64,000 nucleotides of DNA. Origin: Eledone cirrhosa (Eukaryota). Made by a program: the position numbers and the translations under genes. The notes under the pieces were generated by a model. That model ran no database searches, was not told where the DNA came from, and saw only the letters and a list, made by a program, of their open reading frames with translations. Positions 40,801 through 58,124 of this stretch are shown one piece after another; positions within the stretch are counted from its first letter, which is position 1; every line of letters begins with the position of its first letter. The DNA is taken from contig OZ024748.1 in assembly GCA_964016885.1 (NCBI GenBank), positions 21,638,001-21,702,000 on the forward strand, given 5' to 3'.

Positions 40801-43800
40801 GTTACATACACACACTATCACAGTTATATACACACAGTATCACAGTTATATACACACACTATCACAGTTACATACACACTATCACAGTTACATACACACA
40901 CTATCACAGTTACATACACACTATCACAGTTACATACACACTATCACAGTTACATACACACTATCACAGTTACATACACACACTATCACAGTTACATACA
41001 CACTATCACAGTTTCATACACACTATCACAGTTACATACACACACTATCACAGTTACACACACACTATCAGAGTTACATACACACACTATCACAGTTACA
41101 TACACACACTATCACAGTTACATACACACACTATCACAGTTACATACACACACTATCACAGTTACATACACACACTATCACAGTTACATACACACACTAT
41201 CACAGTTACATACACACAGTATCACAGTTACATACACACACTATCACAGTTACATACACACTATCACAGTTACATACACACTATCACAGTTACATACACA
41301 CACTATCACAGTTACATACACACACTATCACAGTTACATACACACACTATCACAGTTACATACACACAGTATCACAGTTACATACACACTATCACAGTTA
41401 CATACACACACTATCACAGTTACATACACACTATCACAGTTACATACACACACTATCACAGTTACATACACACTATCACAGTTACATACACACACTATCA
41501 CAGTTACATACACACACTATCACAGTTATATACACACACTATCACAGTTACATACACACACTATCACAGTTATATACACACACTATCACAGTTACATACA
41601 CACACTATCACAGTTACATACACACACTATCACAGTTATATACACACACTATCACAGTTACATACAGACACTATCACGGTTATATACACACTATCACAGT
41701 TACATACACACACTATGACAGTTATATACACACAGTATCACAGTTACATACACACACTATCACAGTTACATACACACTATCACAGTTACATACACACTAT
41801 CACAGTTACATACACACACTATCACAGTTACATACACACTATCACAGTTACATACACACTATCACAGTTACATACACACACTATCACAGTTACATACACA
41901 CTATCACAGTTACATACACACACTATCACAGTTACATACACACTATCACAGTTACATACACACTATCACAGTTACATACACACACTATCACAGTTACATA
42001 CACACACTATCACAGTTACATACACACTATCACAGTTACATACACACTATCACAGTTACATACACACTATCACAGTTACATACACACTATCACAGTTACA
42101 TACACACACTATCACAGTTACATACACACTATCACAGTTACATACACACTATCACAGTTACATACACACACTATCACAGTTACATACACACTATCACAGT
42201 TACATACACACTATCACAGTTACATACACACACTATCACAGTTACATACACACACTATCACAGTTACATACACACTATCACAGTTACATACACACTATCA
42301 CAGTTACATACACACACTATCACAGTTACATACACACTATCACAGTTACATACACACACTATCACAGTTACATATACACACTATCACAGTTACATACACA
42401 CACTATCACAGTTACATACACACTATCACAGTTACATACACACTATCACAGTTACATACACACACTATCACAGTTACATACACACACTATCACAGTTACA
42501 TACACACTATCACAGTTACATACACACACTATCACAGTTACATACACACACTATCACAGTTACATACACACACTATCACAGTTACATACACACTATCACA
42601 GTTACATACACACACTATCACAGTTACATACACACACTATCACAGTTACATACACACTATCACAGTTACATACACACTATCACAGTTACATACACACTAT
42701 CACAGTTACATACACACACTATCACAGTTACATACACACACTATCACAGTTACATACACACTATCACAGTTACATACACACTATCACAGTTACATACACA
42801 CTATGACAGTTACATATACACTATCACAGTTACATACACACACTATCACAGTTACATACACACTATCACAGTTACATACACACACTATCACAGTTACATA
42901 CACACACTATCACAGTTACATACACACTATCACAGTTACATACACACACTATCACAGTTCCATACACACACTATCACAGTTACATACACACTATCACAGT
43001 TACATACACACACTATCACAGTTACATACACACACTATCACAGTTACATACACACACTATCACAGTTACATACACACTATCACAGTTACATACACACACT
43101 ATCACAGTTACATACACACACTATCACAGTTACATACACACTATCACAGTTACATACACACACTATCACAGTTACATACACACACTATCACAGTTACATA
43201 CACACACTATCACAGTTACATACACACACTATCACAGTTACATACACACACTATCACAGTTACATACACACACTATCACAGTTACATACACACTATCACA
43301 GTTACATACAAACACTATCACAGTTACATACAAACACTATCACAGTTACATACACACTATCACAGTTACATACACACACTATCACAGTTACATACACACA
43401 CTATCACAGTTACATACACACACTATCACAGTTACATACACACAGTATCACAGTTACATACACACTATCACAGTTACATACACACTATCACAGTTACATA
43501 CACACACTATCACAGTTACATACACACTATCACAGTTACATACACACACTATCACAGTTACATACACACAGTATCACAGTTACATACACACTATCACAGT
43601 TACATACACACACTATCACAGTTACATACACACACTATCACAGTTACATACACACTATCACAGTTACATACACACACTATCACAGTTACATACACACTAT
43701 CACAGTTACATACACACACTATCACAGTTACATACACACAGTATCACAGTTACATACACACTATCACAGTTACATACACACTATCACAGTTACATACACA

Positions 43801-46800
43801 CACTATCACAGTTACATACACACTATCACAGTTACATACACACTATCACAGTTACATACACACTATCACAGTTACATACACACACTATCACAGTTACATA
43901 CACACTATCACAGTTACATACACACACTATCACAGTTACATACACACACTATCACAGTTACATACACACACTATCACAGTTACATACACACTATCACAGT
44001 TACATACACACACTATCACAGTTACATACACACTATCACAGTTACATACACACACTATCACAGTTATATACACACAGTATCACAGTTACATACACACTAT
44101 CACAGTTACATACACACTATCACAGTTACATACACACTATCACAGTTATATACACACACTATCACAGTTACATACAAACAGTATCACATTTACATACACA
44201 CACTATCACAGTTACATACACACACTATCACAGTTACATACACACTATCACAGTTACATACACACTATCACAGTTACATACACACTATCACAGTTACATA
44301 CACACTATCACAGTTACATACACACTATCACAGTTACATACACACACTATCACAGTTACATACACACTATCACAGTTATATACACACACTATCACAGTTA
44401 CATACAAACAGTATCACATTTACATACACACACTATCACAGTTACATACACACTATCACAGTTACATACACACTATCACAGTTACATACACACTATCACA
44501 GTTACATACACACTATCACAGTTACATACACACTATCACAGTTACATACACACTATCACAGTTACATATACACTATCAGAGTTACATACACACACTATCA
44601 CAGTTACATACACACACTATCACAGTTATATACACACACTATCACAGTTACATACACACAGTATCACAGTTACATACACACACTATCACAGTTACATACA
44701 CACACTATCACAGTTACATACACACACTATCACAGTTACATACACACTATCACAGTTACATACACACACTATCACAGTTACATACACACTATCACAGTTA
44801 CATACACACACTATCACAGTTACATACACACACTATCACAGTTATATACACACACTATCACAGTTACATACACACACTATCACAGTTATATACACACACT
44901 ATCACAGTTACATACACACACTATCACAGTTACATACACACACTATCACAGTTATATACACACACTATCACAGTTACATACACACACTATCACGGTTATA
45001 TACACACTATCACAGTGACATACACGCACTATCACAGTTATATACACACAGTATCACAGTTACATACACACACTATCACAGTTACATACACACACTATCA
45101 CAGTTATATACACACTATCACAGTTACATACACACACTATCACAGTTATATACACACAGTATCACAGTTACATACACACACTATCACAGTTACATACACA
45201 CACTATCACAGTTATATACACACAGTATCACAGTTACATACACACTATCACAGTTACATACACACACTATCACAGTTACATACACACACTATCACAGTTA
45301 CATACACACTATCACAGTTACATACACACACTATCACAGTTATATACACACAGTATCACAGTTATATACACACACTATCACAGTTACATACACACTATCA
45401 CAGTTACATACACACACTATCACAGTTACATACACACTATCACAGTTACATACACACTATCACAGTTACATACACACACTATCACAGTTACATACACACA
45501 CTATCACAGTTACATACACACACTATCACAGTTACATACACACACTATCACAGTTACATACACACAGTATCACAGTTACATACACACTATCACAGTTACA
45601 TACACACACTATCACAGTTACATACACACTATCACAGTTACATACACACACTATCACAGTTACATACACACACTATCACAGTTACATACACACACTATCA
45701 CAGTTATATACACACACTATCACAGTTACATACACACACTATCACAGTTATATACACACACTATCACAGTTACATACACACACTATCACAGTTACATACA
45801 CACTATCACAGTTACATACACACTATGACAGTTACATATACACTATCACAGTTACATACACACTATCACAGTTACATACACACACTATCACAGTTACATA
45901 CACACACTATCACAGTTACATACACACTATCACAGTTACATACACACTATCACAGTTACATACACACACTATCACAGTTACATACACACACTATCACAGT
46001 TACATACACACACTATCACAGTTACATACACACACTATCACAGTTACATACACACAGTATCACAGTTACATACACACTATCACAGTTACATACACACACT
46101 ATCACAGTTACATACACACTATCACAGTTACATACACACACTATCACAGTTACATACACACTATCACAGTTACATACACACACTATCACAGTTACATACA
46201 CACTATCACAGTTACATACACACACTATCACAGTTATATACACACAGTATCACAGTTACATACACACTATCACAGTTACATACACACTATCACAGTTACA
46301 TACACACTATCACAGTTATATACACACACTATCACAGTTACATACAAACAGTATCACATTTACATACACACACTATCACAGTTACATACACACACTATCA
46401 CAGTTACATACACACTATCACAGTTACATACACACTATCACAGTTACATACACACTATCACAGTTACATACACACTATCACAGTTACATACACACACTAT
46501 CACAGTTACATACACACTATCACAGTTATATACACACACTATCACAGTTACATACAAACAGTATCACATTTACATACACACACTATCACAGTTACATACA
46601 CACTATCACAGTTACATACACACTATCACAGTTACATACACACTATCACAGTTACATACACACTATCACAGTTACATACACACTATCACAGTTACATACA
46701 CACTATCACAGTTACATATACACTATCAGAGTTACATACACACACTATCACAGTTACATACACACACTATCACAGTTATATACACACACTATCACAGTTA

Positions 46801-49800
46801 CATACACACAGTATCACAGTTACATACACACACTATCACAGTTACATACACACACTATCACAGTTACATACACACACTATCACAGTTACATACACACTAT
46901 CACAGTTACATACACACACTATCACAGTTACATACACACTATCACAGTTACATACACACACTATCACAGTTACATACACACACTATCACAGTTATATACA
47001 CACACTATCACAGTTACATACACACACTATCACAGTTATATACACACACTATCACAGTTACATACACACACTATCACAGTTACATACACACACTATCACA
47101 GTTATATACACACACTATCACAGTTACATACACACACTATCACGGTTATATACACACTATCACAGTGACATACACGCACTATCACAGTTATATACACACA
47201 GTATCACAGTTACATACACACACTATCACAGTTACATACACACACTATCACAGTTATATACACACTATCACAGTTACATACACACACTATCACAGTTATA
47301 TACACACAGTATCACAGTTACATACACACACTATCACAGTTACATACACACACTATCACAGTTATATACACACAGTATCACAGTTACATACACACTATCA
47401 CAGTTACATACACACACTATCACAGTTACATACACACACTATCACAGTTACATACACACTATCACAGTTACATACACACACTATCACAGTTATATACACA
47501 CAGTATCACAGTTATATACACACACTATCACAGTTACATACACACTATCACAGTTACATACACACACTATCACAGTTACATACACACTATCACAGTTACA
47601 TACACACTATCACAGTTACATACACACACTATCACAGTTACATACACACACTATCACAGTTACATACACACACTATCACAGTTACATACACACACTATCA
47701 CAGTTACATACACACAGTATCACAGTTACATACACACTATCACAGTTACATACACACACTATCACAGTTACATACACACTATCACAGTTACATACACACA
47801 CTATCACAGTTACATACACACACTATCACAGTTACATACACACACTATCACAGTTATATACACACACTATCACAGTTACATACACACACTATCACAGTTA
47901 TATACACACACTATCACAGTTACATACACACACTATCACAGTTACATACACACTATCACAGTTACATACACACTATGACAGTTACATATACACTATCACA
48001 GTTACATACACACTATCACAGTTACATACACACACTATCACAGTTACATACACACACTATCACAGTTACATACACACTATCACAGTTACATACACACTAT
48101 CACAGTTACATACACACACTATCACAGTTACATACACACACTATCACAGTTACATACACACACTATCACAGTTACATACACACACTATCACAGTTACATA
48201 CACACAGTATCACAGTTACATACACACTATCACAGTTACATACACACACTATCACAGTTACATACACACTATCACAGTTACATACACACACTATCACAGT
48301 TACATACACACTATCACAGTTACATACACACACTATCACAGTTACATACACACTATCACAGTTACATACACACACTATCACAGTTACATACACACACTAT
48401 CACAGTTACATACACACTATCACAGTTACATACACACTATCACAGTTACATACACACTATCACAGTTACATACACACACTATCACAGTTACATACACACA
48501 CTATCACAGTTACATACACACACTATCACAGTTACATACACACACTATCACAGTTACATACACACTATCACAGTTACATACACACTATCACAGTTACATA
48601 CACACACTATCACAGTTACATACACACAGTATCACAGTTACATACACACACTATCACAGTTACATACACACACTATCACAGTTACATACACACTATCACA
48701 GTTACATACACACACTATCACAGTTACATACACACTATCACAGTTACATACACACACTATCACAGTTACATACACACTATCACAGTTACATACACACACT
48801 ATCACAGTTACATACACACACTATCACAGTTACATACACACACTATCACAGTTACATACACACTATCACAGTTACATACACACACTATCACAGTTACATA
48901 CACACTATCACAGTTACATACACACACTATCACAGTTATATACACACAGTATCACAGTTACATACACACTATCACAGTTACATACACACTATCACAGTTA
49001 CATACACACTATCACAGTTATATACACACACTATCACAGTTACATACAAACAGTATCACATTTACATACACACACTATCACAGTTACATACACACACTAT
49101 CACAGTTACATACACACTATCACAGTTACATACACACTATCACAGTTACATACACACTATCACAGTTACATACACACTATCACAGTTACATACACACTAT
49201 CACAGTTACATACACACACTATCACAGTTACATACACACTATCACAGTTATATACACACACTATCACAGTTACATACAAACAGTATCACATTTACATACA
49301 CACACTATCACAGTTACATACACACTATCACAGTTACATACACACTATCACAGTTACATACACACTATCACAGTTACATACACACTATCACAGTTACATA
49401 CACACTATCACAGTTACATACACACTATCACAGTTACATATACACTATCAGAGTTACATACACACACTATCACAGTTACATACACACACTATCACAGTTA
49501 TATACACACACTATCACAGTTACATACACACAGTATCACAGTTACATACACACACTATCACAATTACACACACACTATCACAGTTACATACACACACTAT
49601 CACAGTTACATACACACTATCACAGTTACATACACACACTATCACAGTTACATACACACACTATCACAGTTATATACACACACTATCACAGTTACATACA
49701 CACACTATCACAGTTATATACACACACTATCACAGTTACATACACACACTATCACAGTTACATACACACACTGTCACAGTTATATACACACACTATCACA

Positions 49801-51982
49801 GTTATATACACACTATCACAGTGACATACACACACTATCACAGTTATATACACACAGTATCACAGTTACATACACACACTATCACAGTTACATACACACA
49901 CTATCACAGTTATATACACACTATCACAGTTACATACACACACTATCACAGTTATATACACACAGTATCACAGTTACATACACACACTATCACAGTTACA
50001 TACACACTCTATCACAGTTATATACACACAGTATCACAGTTACATACACACTATCACAGTTACATACACACACTATCACAGTTACATACACACACTATCA
50101 CAGTTACATACACACTATCACAGTTACATACACACACTATCACAGTTATATACACACAGTATCACAGTTATATACACACACTATCACAGTTACATACACA
50201 CTATCACAGTTACATACACACACTATCACAGTTACATACACACTATCACAGTTACATACACACTATCACAGTTACATACACACTATCACAGTTACATACA
50301 CACACTATCACAGTTACATACACACACTATCACAGTTACATACACACACTATCACAGTTACATACACACACTATCACAGTTACATACACACTATCACAGT
50401 TACATACACACTATCACAGTTACATACACACACTATCACAGTTATATACACACAGTATCACAGTTACATACACACTATCACAGTTACATACACACACTAT
50501 CACAGTTACATACACACACTATCACAGTTACATACACACACTATCACAGTTACATACACACTATCACAGTTATATACACACACTATCACAGTTACATACA
50601 AACAGTATCACATTTACATACACACACTATCACAGTTACATACACACTATCACAGTCACATACACACTATCACAGTTACATACACACTATCACAGTTGCA
50701 TACACACTATCACAGTTACATACACACTATCACAGTTACATATACACTATCAGAGTTACATACACACACTATCACAGTTACATACACACACTATCACAGT
50801 TATATACACACACTATCACAGTTACATACACACACTATCACAGTTACATACACACACTATCACAGTTACATACACACTATCACAGTTACATACACACACT
50901 ATCACAGTTACATACACACTATCACAGTTACATACACACACTATCACAGTTACATACACACACTATCACAGTTATATACACACACTATCACAGTTACATA
51001 CACACACTATCACAGTTATATACACACACTATCACAGTTACATACACACACTATCACAGTTACATACACACACTATCACAGTTATATACACACACTATCA
51101 CAGTTACATACACACACTATCACAGTTATATACACACTATCACAGTTACATACACACACTATCACAGTTATATACACACAGTATCACAGTTATATACACA
51201 CAGTATCACAGTTACATACACACACTATCACAGTTACATACACACACTATCACAGTTATATACACACAGTATCACAGTTACATACACACTATCACAGTTA
51301 CATACACGCTATCACAGTTACATACACACACTATCACAGTTACATACACACACTATCACAGTTACATACACACACTATCACAGTTACATACACACTATCA
51401 CGGTTACATACACACTATCACAGTTACATACACACTATCACAGTTACATACACACACTATCACAGTTACATACGCACACTATCACAGTTACATACACACA
51501 CTATCACAGTTACATACACACACTATCACAGTTACATACACACACTATCACAGTTACATATACACACTATCACAGTTACATACACACTATCACAGTTACA
51601 TACACACTATCACAGTTATATACACGCACTATCACAGTTACATACACACACTATCACAGTTACATACACACTATCACAGTTACATACACACACTATCACA
51701 GTTACATACACACACTAATCACAGTTACATACACACACTATCACAGTTACATACACACTATCACAGTTACATACACACTATCACAGTTACATACACACAC
51801 TATCACAGTTACATACACACTATCACAGTTACATACACACTATCACAGTTACATACACACACTATCACAGTTACATACACACTATCACAGTTACATACAC
51901 ACACTATCACAGTTACATACACACACTATCACAGTTACATACACACACACTGCTCAGTTACATACACACACACTGCTCAGTT
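34848..51982. repeat. ~17 kb intronic satellite of 20/22-bp units CTATCACAGTTACATACACA(CA)
   Basis: Direct reading; roughly 790 units by length/21; AT-richer proto-units at 34848-35300. Confidence 0.98.
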
Positions 51983-53410
51983 GTTCCCTAAAGAAAACTT
52001 GTAAAAAGAGGACTTTTTTTTTCTGTTATTATTTATTATTGATTTTTCCTCTAGTGTTTCTAAAATATTCACATTTGCCCCTCACCCCACCCTGTAGATT
52101 GTTGGGTAGGGTGAAGTGGGACAATGACTGTGTTGTCACTTAATCCATTATTCGAGTCCCCCCTCCCCCGTTTCTTTTAGGTTGTGTGTGAGAAGGGGGG
52201 GGGGTAACAGTGTTGTCACTTAATTGAATTATTCAAGCAGTTCTTGAGTTTCTTCAGAATATAATTTACTTTCAGAATATTTTATTTTTATTTGGTTAAA
52301 CATGCAGAAAAAGAAAGCAGCATTGGAAATGACTATAAATGTTATAAATGAGAGGAAAGGGAGATGTTTGCTTTCTTATATAATTTAAATTTAAAAAACT
52401 GTTGTAGTTTAAGGAGGTGAGCTAAGAGATGTGTGAATGTAATTTACCTTCAAAAGTCGCTGCAATCTTTACAGCACAGGATGCAGGATTGGCCTATTTC
52501 TCAAGCATGAAGAAGCTGCTTTCAGTTAAAATTAGGTTTATGCTACAAAAATATTAGTGTGATTGTTTTTTAGTGTTGTTTTAGTGTTTTTCTAAGTGTG
52601 TTTTACTGTTTTTTAAGTGTGTTTTAGTGGGGTTTTTTGGTGTGTTTTAGTATGTTTTAGTGGGGTTTTTTGGTGTGTTTTAGCTAGTGAACTGGTGCCA
52701 TTAATTGTTTTTTTATATTAATTAAAAAGTAACTTGATGTTTCATATGATTGTGAGGAAATGACATCTTTTATAACTGACAGTACAGTTTGTAATCATCA
52801 TCATCATTATCTAATGTCTATTTTTCCCTGTTAGCTAGGGTTGGACAGGTCGTCATCAACCGAGCTATTATTTAATTAGAGATACTGATTTCTTGGGTAT
52901 ACTAGAAGCCTACATCTCATTTACATAAGTTCCCACACTGTACAGGTGTGCTCAAGTATATTACACCTAACTTGATAATTCAGGTTGAAGATTGAGATTA
53001 AAGATCAAAAATTATGTATTTGAGTCAGGACTTTCTGACTTTCTGTTCACCAACTCAACAACTTGTCTAATGACATACATCTCACCCATTTTTTTTAAAT
53101 TTCTGTTATTTTTAAATACTATTCGTTTGTCAATTTTGTTATTGTAATTACATGATGCACAGTGTAATGTCTATTGAAGCAAATAAAATGTGTCAGCAAT
53201 GAAAATCATGAGGTTTTATTGGAAGACATCTTACTAAAAAGTAAAACAACAAAACAACTATGCCTTTTATGTAATAGTACTCTTTTGAATGAAGCTTTAA
53301 CACTGATTTAACAATGATTTAGTTTGTTAATTCAAATGTTTATAGTATCTTTACTGGCAGACAGATTATTTTGGAAATTTGCAGTATTAGCATAAAGACT
53401 TTAGTTATTA

Positions 53411-53595
53411 ATTGTTTCTACTTTTGGCACAAGGCCAGCAATTACCCCAGTGCATTACTAGTACTTTATTTTATCGACCCTGTAAGGATGAAAGGCAAAG
53501 TTAACCGGGATTTGAACTCAAATCATAAAGGGCCGTAACTCTATGCTGCAAAACATGGTGTCCGACCTTCTACCGATACTGCCAATCCACCACCA
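53411..53595 (-). mobile_element. tRNA-derived SINE (Deu/Nin-like) with TSD
   Basis: Reverse complement of the 29436 family; ttagttattaat on both sides. Confidence 0.85.
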
Positions 53596-55028
53596 TTAGT
53601 TATTAATGTGATGTAGTAACTGTTATAATGCTGTTTTGTACTTTTCAAGAATGTTTTGCTGATGTAATTTCATGTGGTACAGAATGTTAAGAGTTAAAAA
53701 ATGAATGCTTCTTCATCTATATATAAATTTGAGTGACTACTGTCCATCTGTCACAATGTGTGTGTTTGTGTGAATGTATGTCTTAGTGTGTATTTTTGTA
53801 AGTGTGTCTGTGTTTGCATGTTTATATTTATATACTCATACATATAAATGTATGCATATGCTTATACATATACACATACATGTCAGCATGTTGAAAAAGA
53901 TCCTAGTCATTTAAAAAGGAAGCATCTAGATAATGAAAATAAAACTGTTGACTATTTGAAAAAAATTTTGATCTGTACCCTAACTTTATTTCATTTTTCT
54001 CCCTATCGGAACATTGGATAAAGAGAGATCCCATTCCATATAGTTGTAAGCTTTGTCATGGGCCTGCTCCCTAATCAGGTCTGCCAGATCTTCTTTCATA
54101 GACCTCAACCAGGCTTGATGCCTCTGCCTTGTCTCCCATCTAGCTTCCATTACAGATTTTGTAGAAAAAGAAAATAGATATCGATGGGATTGCAGAAATT
54201 GTTGCCAAAAAATGACTAAAGTCCTACTGAGAAGTTAAAGCTTATGTTAGAAACTAGGTGGTGACTTGGCAGAGTCGTTAGAATGTTGGATAGAATGGTA
54301 TTCATTCTGGCTCTCTGCTTTTGGAGTTCAAATCCCACTGAGGTCAGCTGTACCAGTCTAGTACTGGGGTCGATTCTTCCCCTCTCTGAAAGAAATTTGC
54401 TGTACTCAGGCCTAGAGAGGGGTGGGCTCTGCCAGGCTTAAAATGCCTAAGAAATGATGTATGTCAATACAATGCCAGGTGGTGCTATTAAGTTAGATAT
54501 GGCCTGGGCCAATACTGGCCGAAACCTATCAAAGTTATCAAAGTACCCCTACGACTCTATCAGGAGTTACAGGACCATACCATGCCTACAGACATATTAG
54601 AAACTGTTATTTCATGTGATACGTGAAGATTCTTCAAGTATCTTTTAAAATTTACCTTTGATTAACAATTCAATTTAAAGACAAATTGATGAAATGTTTG
54701 AATATCACAGAAACAAATAAAATACTACAATCTTGTAGTATAGTGGTGTTAAATTATAGTTGTAGATACTGACTGAACATACCACAAGTTGGACTAAACT
54801 TGAAATGATGTGGTTGCATAACAAATTCCTTAGTTACACAACCATACCTGTGTTTTTGTATATACATATTTATTTATTTTAATGATCAGAGAGTGTAGTT
54901 TGCATTGATAGTTTACATTGTGTAAAGTGCAAAATAATGTTTCGTTTAAAAGCTACCACAATGTAAATTGGACAGTAAATGTTAAAAATAACAATGATGT
55001 TGGAATATTACCTTGTAGTTCTTTATAG

Positions 55029-56205
55029 AAGGCCTTCAATTCTGTGCCGCACAAAAGGCTTATTGTAAAACTCTCTGCAATGGGTGTGAAGGATGATCTT
55101 TTTAACTGGTTGAAGTCCTTCATTCTCAGTCGAAGAGAGGTAGTCACGGTTCTGGGACAGCACTCCTCACCATATGAGATGTCATCTGGTGTACCTCAGG
55201 GATCTGTTCTTGGCCCCCTTTTGTTTGTGGCACATATTAATGACATAGATGCCAACTTAAGGAATGCCACAGTACTAAAGTACGCAGACGACATCAAGCT
55301 GTACCTTGAGATAAAAAGGACAGATCCTGAACACTATAGATCTTGCTTGCAGTCAGACCTGGACACAATGCAACAGTGGATCTCAGACTGGCAACTCAAG
55401 CTAGCTGTGGACAAGTGCACCACCATGCATTTTGGGAGTAAAAACCCAGCGTCCACATACTCCCTCCACAGCACTAATATCAAGAAGTCTTCCTGTGAAC
55501 GTGACCTGGGCATTACGGTCAGCAGCGATTTGCGTTGGACGAGGCACGTCTCTAAAATTGTCAAGAGGGCCGAGGGTGTCTTAGCATCACTCAGCAAGAC
55601 CTTTGTCAGCCGCTCTCCAGATATCTATTTAAGGCTGTATACAGCTATGGTGCGACCACACTTAGAATTTGCATCACCAGTCTGGAACCCCTATCTTGCT
55701 CAGGACATTGACCGCCTGGAAACTGTTCAGAGACGTGCAACCAAGCGAATACCCTCCATCAGGCATCTACCATACTCTGAGCGCCTTGCTTCCCTGGGCA
55801 TGGATTCATTGAAGCTCCGACGCCTGGCAACTGACTTGGTAAACACCCACAAAATTGTTAACCATGTTGCCAACAACAACCCTGAGTGCCTTTTCGATTT
55901 CCATGTGTCTAACACACGTGGACATGCCCACAAAGTAAGAAAACAGCACAGTTCCCATGACTTTCGGAAACATTTTTTCACGCTCAGAGTTGCTGAAGCA
56001 TGGAACAAACTACCTGCATCAGTTGTTAGCTGTCGAGACACTGCATCCTTTAAGGCCTCCATGCTTCCCGAGATCCGCCAACACTACAGCTAACACATAC
56101 AAACATGTACTTCCCTGGCATTTGTGTATTATTCTATGTACTATATTGACGAGTTGTAGTGCACCTGAGCACTTTACACAATAATTTCATTATTATCATT
56201 ATTAT
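55029..56205 (+). mobile_element. 5'-truncated CR1-clade LINE with open RT C-terminal frame
   Basis: KAFNSVPH, SGVPQGSVLGP, YADD, ERDLG, VRPHLEFASPVWNP, VQRRATK, RGH, FFTLRVAEAWNKLP; (ATT)n-like tail. Confidence 0.9.
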
Positions 56206-56408
56206 AGGTCCTTTATATTTTTCTAGATAATTTTGAAAATTTTCAGAAAATGGCAGTTTAAAACTAGTTTCGTCAAGGACCTATCAAGAACAACATATTT
56301 TTAACATTCACCATCCAAATTACATTGTGGTAGTTTTCAAACAAAACATTATTTTAATGAATTTGTTTACATAAACGTTACTTATAATTGCTGTAACATT
56401 CATTTCAG

Positions 56409-56659
56409 TACCTCCTATGCCAAATTGATGATAACGGTTACTGCAATTCTTACAGTGATTCTAAGTTGTTGTCTGATGTATCTGAATCTGAAGATATTTA
56501 CCTGTTTGAACTACCAAGCCCAGTACATCAACCAGAACTATCTCTTACTTCACATTATCATGACCAACAACACAGAAGACTGTCTTACCAAATGTCTGTG
56601 ATAAATATCTTACTTGTTCATGTTGAACATATAAATGGTACAACAGTTGCTGGAAGATG
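56409..56659 (+). CDS. USP31: USP31/USP43-like coding exon 3
   Basis: tttcag|YLLCQIDDNGYCNSYSDSKLLSDVSESEDIYLFELP..INILLVH..; donor TG|GTTAGT; 251 nt, phase 0-2. Confidence 0.82.
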
Positions 56660-57596
56660 GTTAGTAAATTATAATTTTTGTAAAAATTAAAAAAATTTTT
56701 TGTGAAAATATGTGGTTAAAATTGCTTTGGGAAAGCTGGTACAATGCAAGTAAGAAATAGAGGAGTGGAAACTAGTGAAGAGTGAAGCAAGTTAGGTTAT
56801 GTAGGTCTTGCCATATTATAGGGGCATATGACTGGAAAAGGTATGTTTTTCAATAAAAAAGAAAATGGAGATGTCAGTAACCCCTCTTGAGTACTGACTC
56901 AATTTATGAAGACCTGTCAAACCCTTACTAGCTGGGAAAATGGATGTTGTTGATGATGATGATGATTCCTTTTTAACTCGGCCTCTCTTTATGTCTTTTC
57001 TTTTTTCTATCTTTCTTAAACAACATTCTCTCCTTCCTTTCTAGTTCTCTTTCCAATCTCTCTCAGAGATTGTTGTTGTTCATCATCATCATCACCGATA
57101 TATGCCTATTTTCTATGTTAGCATGGGTTCAACACATTGTCCACATACTGAGGCTAGATAGGCAACTCAGACAACTGTATCTTGCTCATATGTTGCATTT
57201 TCACATAATTTTTATAGCTGGATACCCTTCCTAATATCACCCACTTAACAGTGTGAGCCAGATTCATTTTCTTGTGGCACCACCAATACTACTTGATAGG
57301 GTGGACTGTTTTTTTTTTATTGTGGCACCAGCACTACCACTTTACAGTATGGGCTAAGTGCTGAGAGCATGTGTATATCTGGTTTACCATAGGTATACCA
57401 TATCCCTGTGTTGTAAGGAGTGGCTAAAGATTTTGCACCAGAAAGTCATGCAGTTGTAAAACACTGCCTCAAAAAGGACCTCATGGCATGAGGCACTCAG
57501 GGCTAACCCCTGCTTTAGCAGGGAAAATTACCTTAAAACATTTGTTCCTATATATGCACCTATGCCAAAACCCTTTTTTTTTTGTTCTTTTATTAA

Positions 57597-57811
57597 CTCT
57601 TTAACATTACTCTATATTTACTATTATATTTCCACAGTAAAGGCTTTACCTCTTATAATTATCTCACATAATATCGAACCTATGAGATTTTGATATTATT
57701 TATTTTGAGAACAATACCTTAACATCAGTATGAGCGGCTGGTTACTGGTAGTTTGAACAGAAGGAGGAGAGAGAATTTTGGCTGGATACGGCCGGTTTAA
57801 ATGCTAAGCGG
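57597..57811. mobile_element. piggyBac-type MITE family A (orientation B)
   Basis: TTAA flanks and family match. Confidence 0.78.
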
Positions 57812-57894
57812 TTAAACATCTTATAAATGTTAAAACAAAATCAAGTCGGTACATGATATGACATCAGATTCTTCAAGTTTTATTTTATTTTCAG

Positions 57895-58012
57895 CATCAA
57901 GTTCTGTTGTCCACAAATCATCTCCGTTCTTCGAGATATTAGTTACCCAGAATTACAAAACAGGATATTACAAAGTTTGGGACAAACCATGAAAGAAAAT
58001 TTATCAAATCAT
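57895..58012 (+). CDS. USP31: USP31/USP43-like coding exon 4
   Basis: ttttcag|(C)IKFCCPQIISVLRDISYPELQNRILQSLGQTMKENLSNH|GTAAGG; 118 nt, phase 2-0. Confidence 0.82.
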
Positions 58013-58124
58013 GTAAGGATAACATTTCATATCTATTATTGTTCTTTAAATGTTTTATTTTTTAGAGTTTATTCATTGGAAACCCTGTACAAACATATTT
58101 CCTATGAACACAAGTAAAGACATC

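Noticed and set aside
35577-52004. Giant ORFs of 2409, 2971, 717 and 727 aa rich in His/Thr/Tyr
   Set aside because: Translations of the 20/22-bp satellite, whose + strand lacks stops in all frames; they lie in a USP intron
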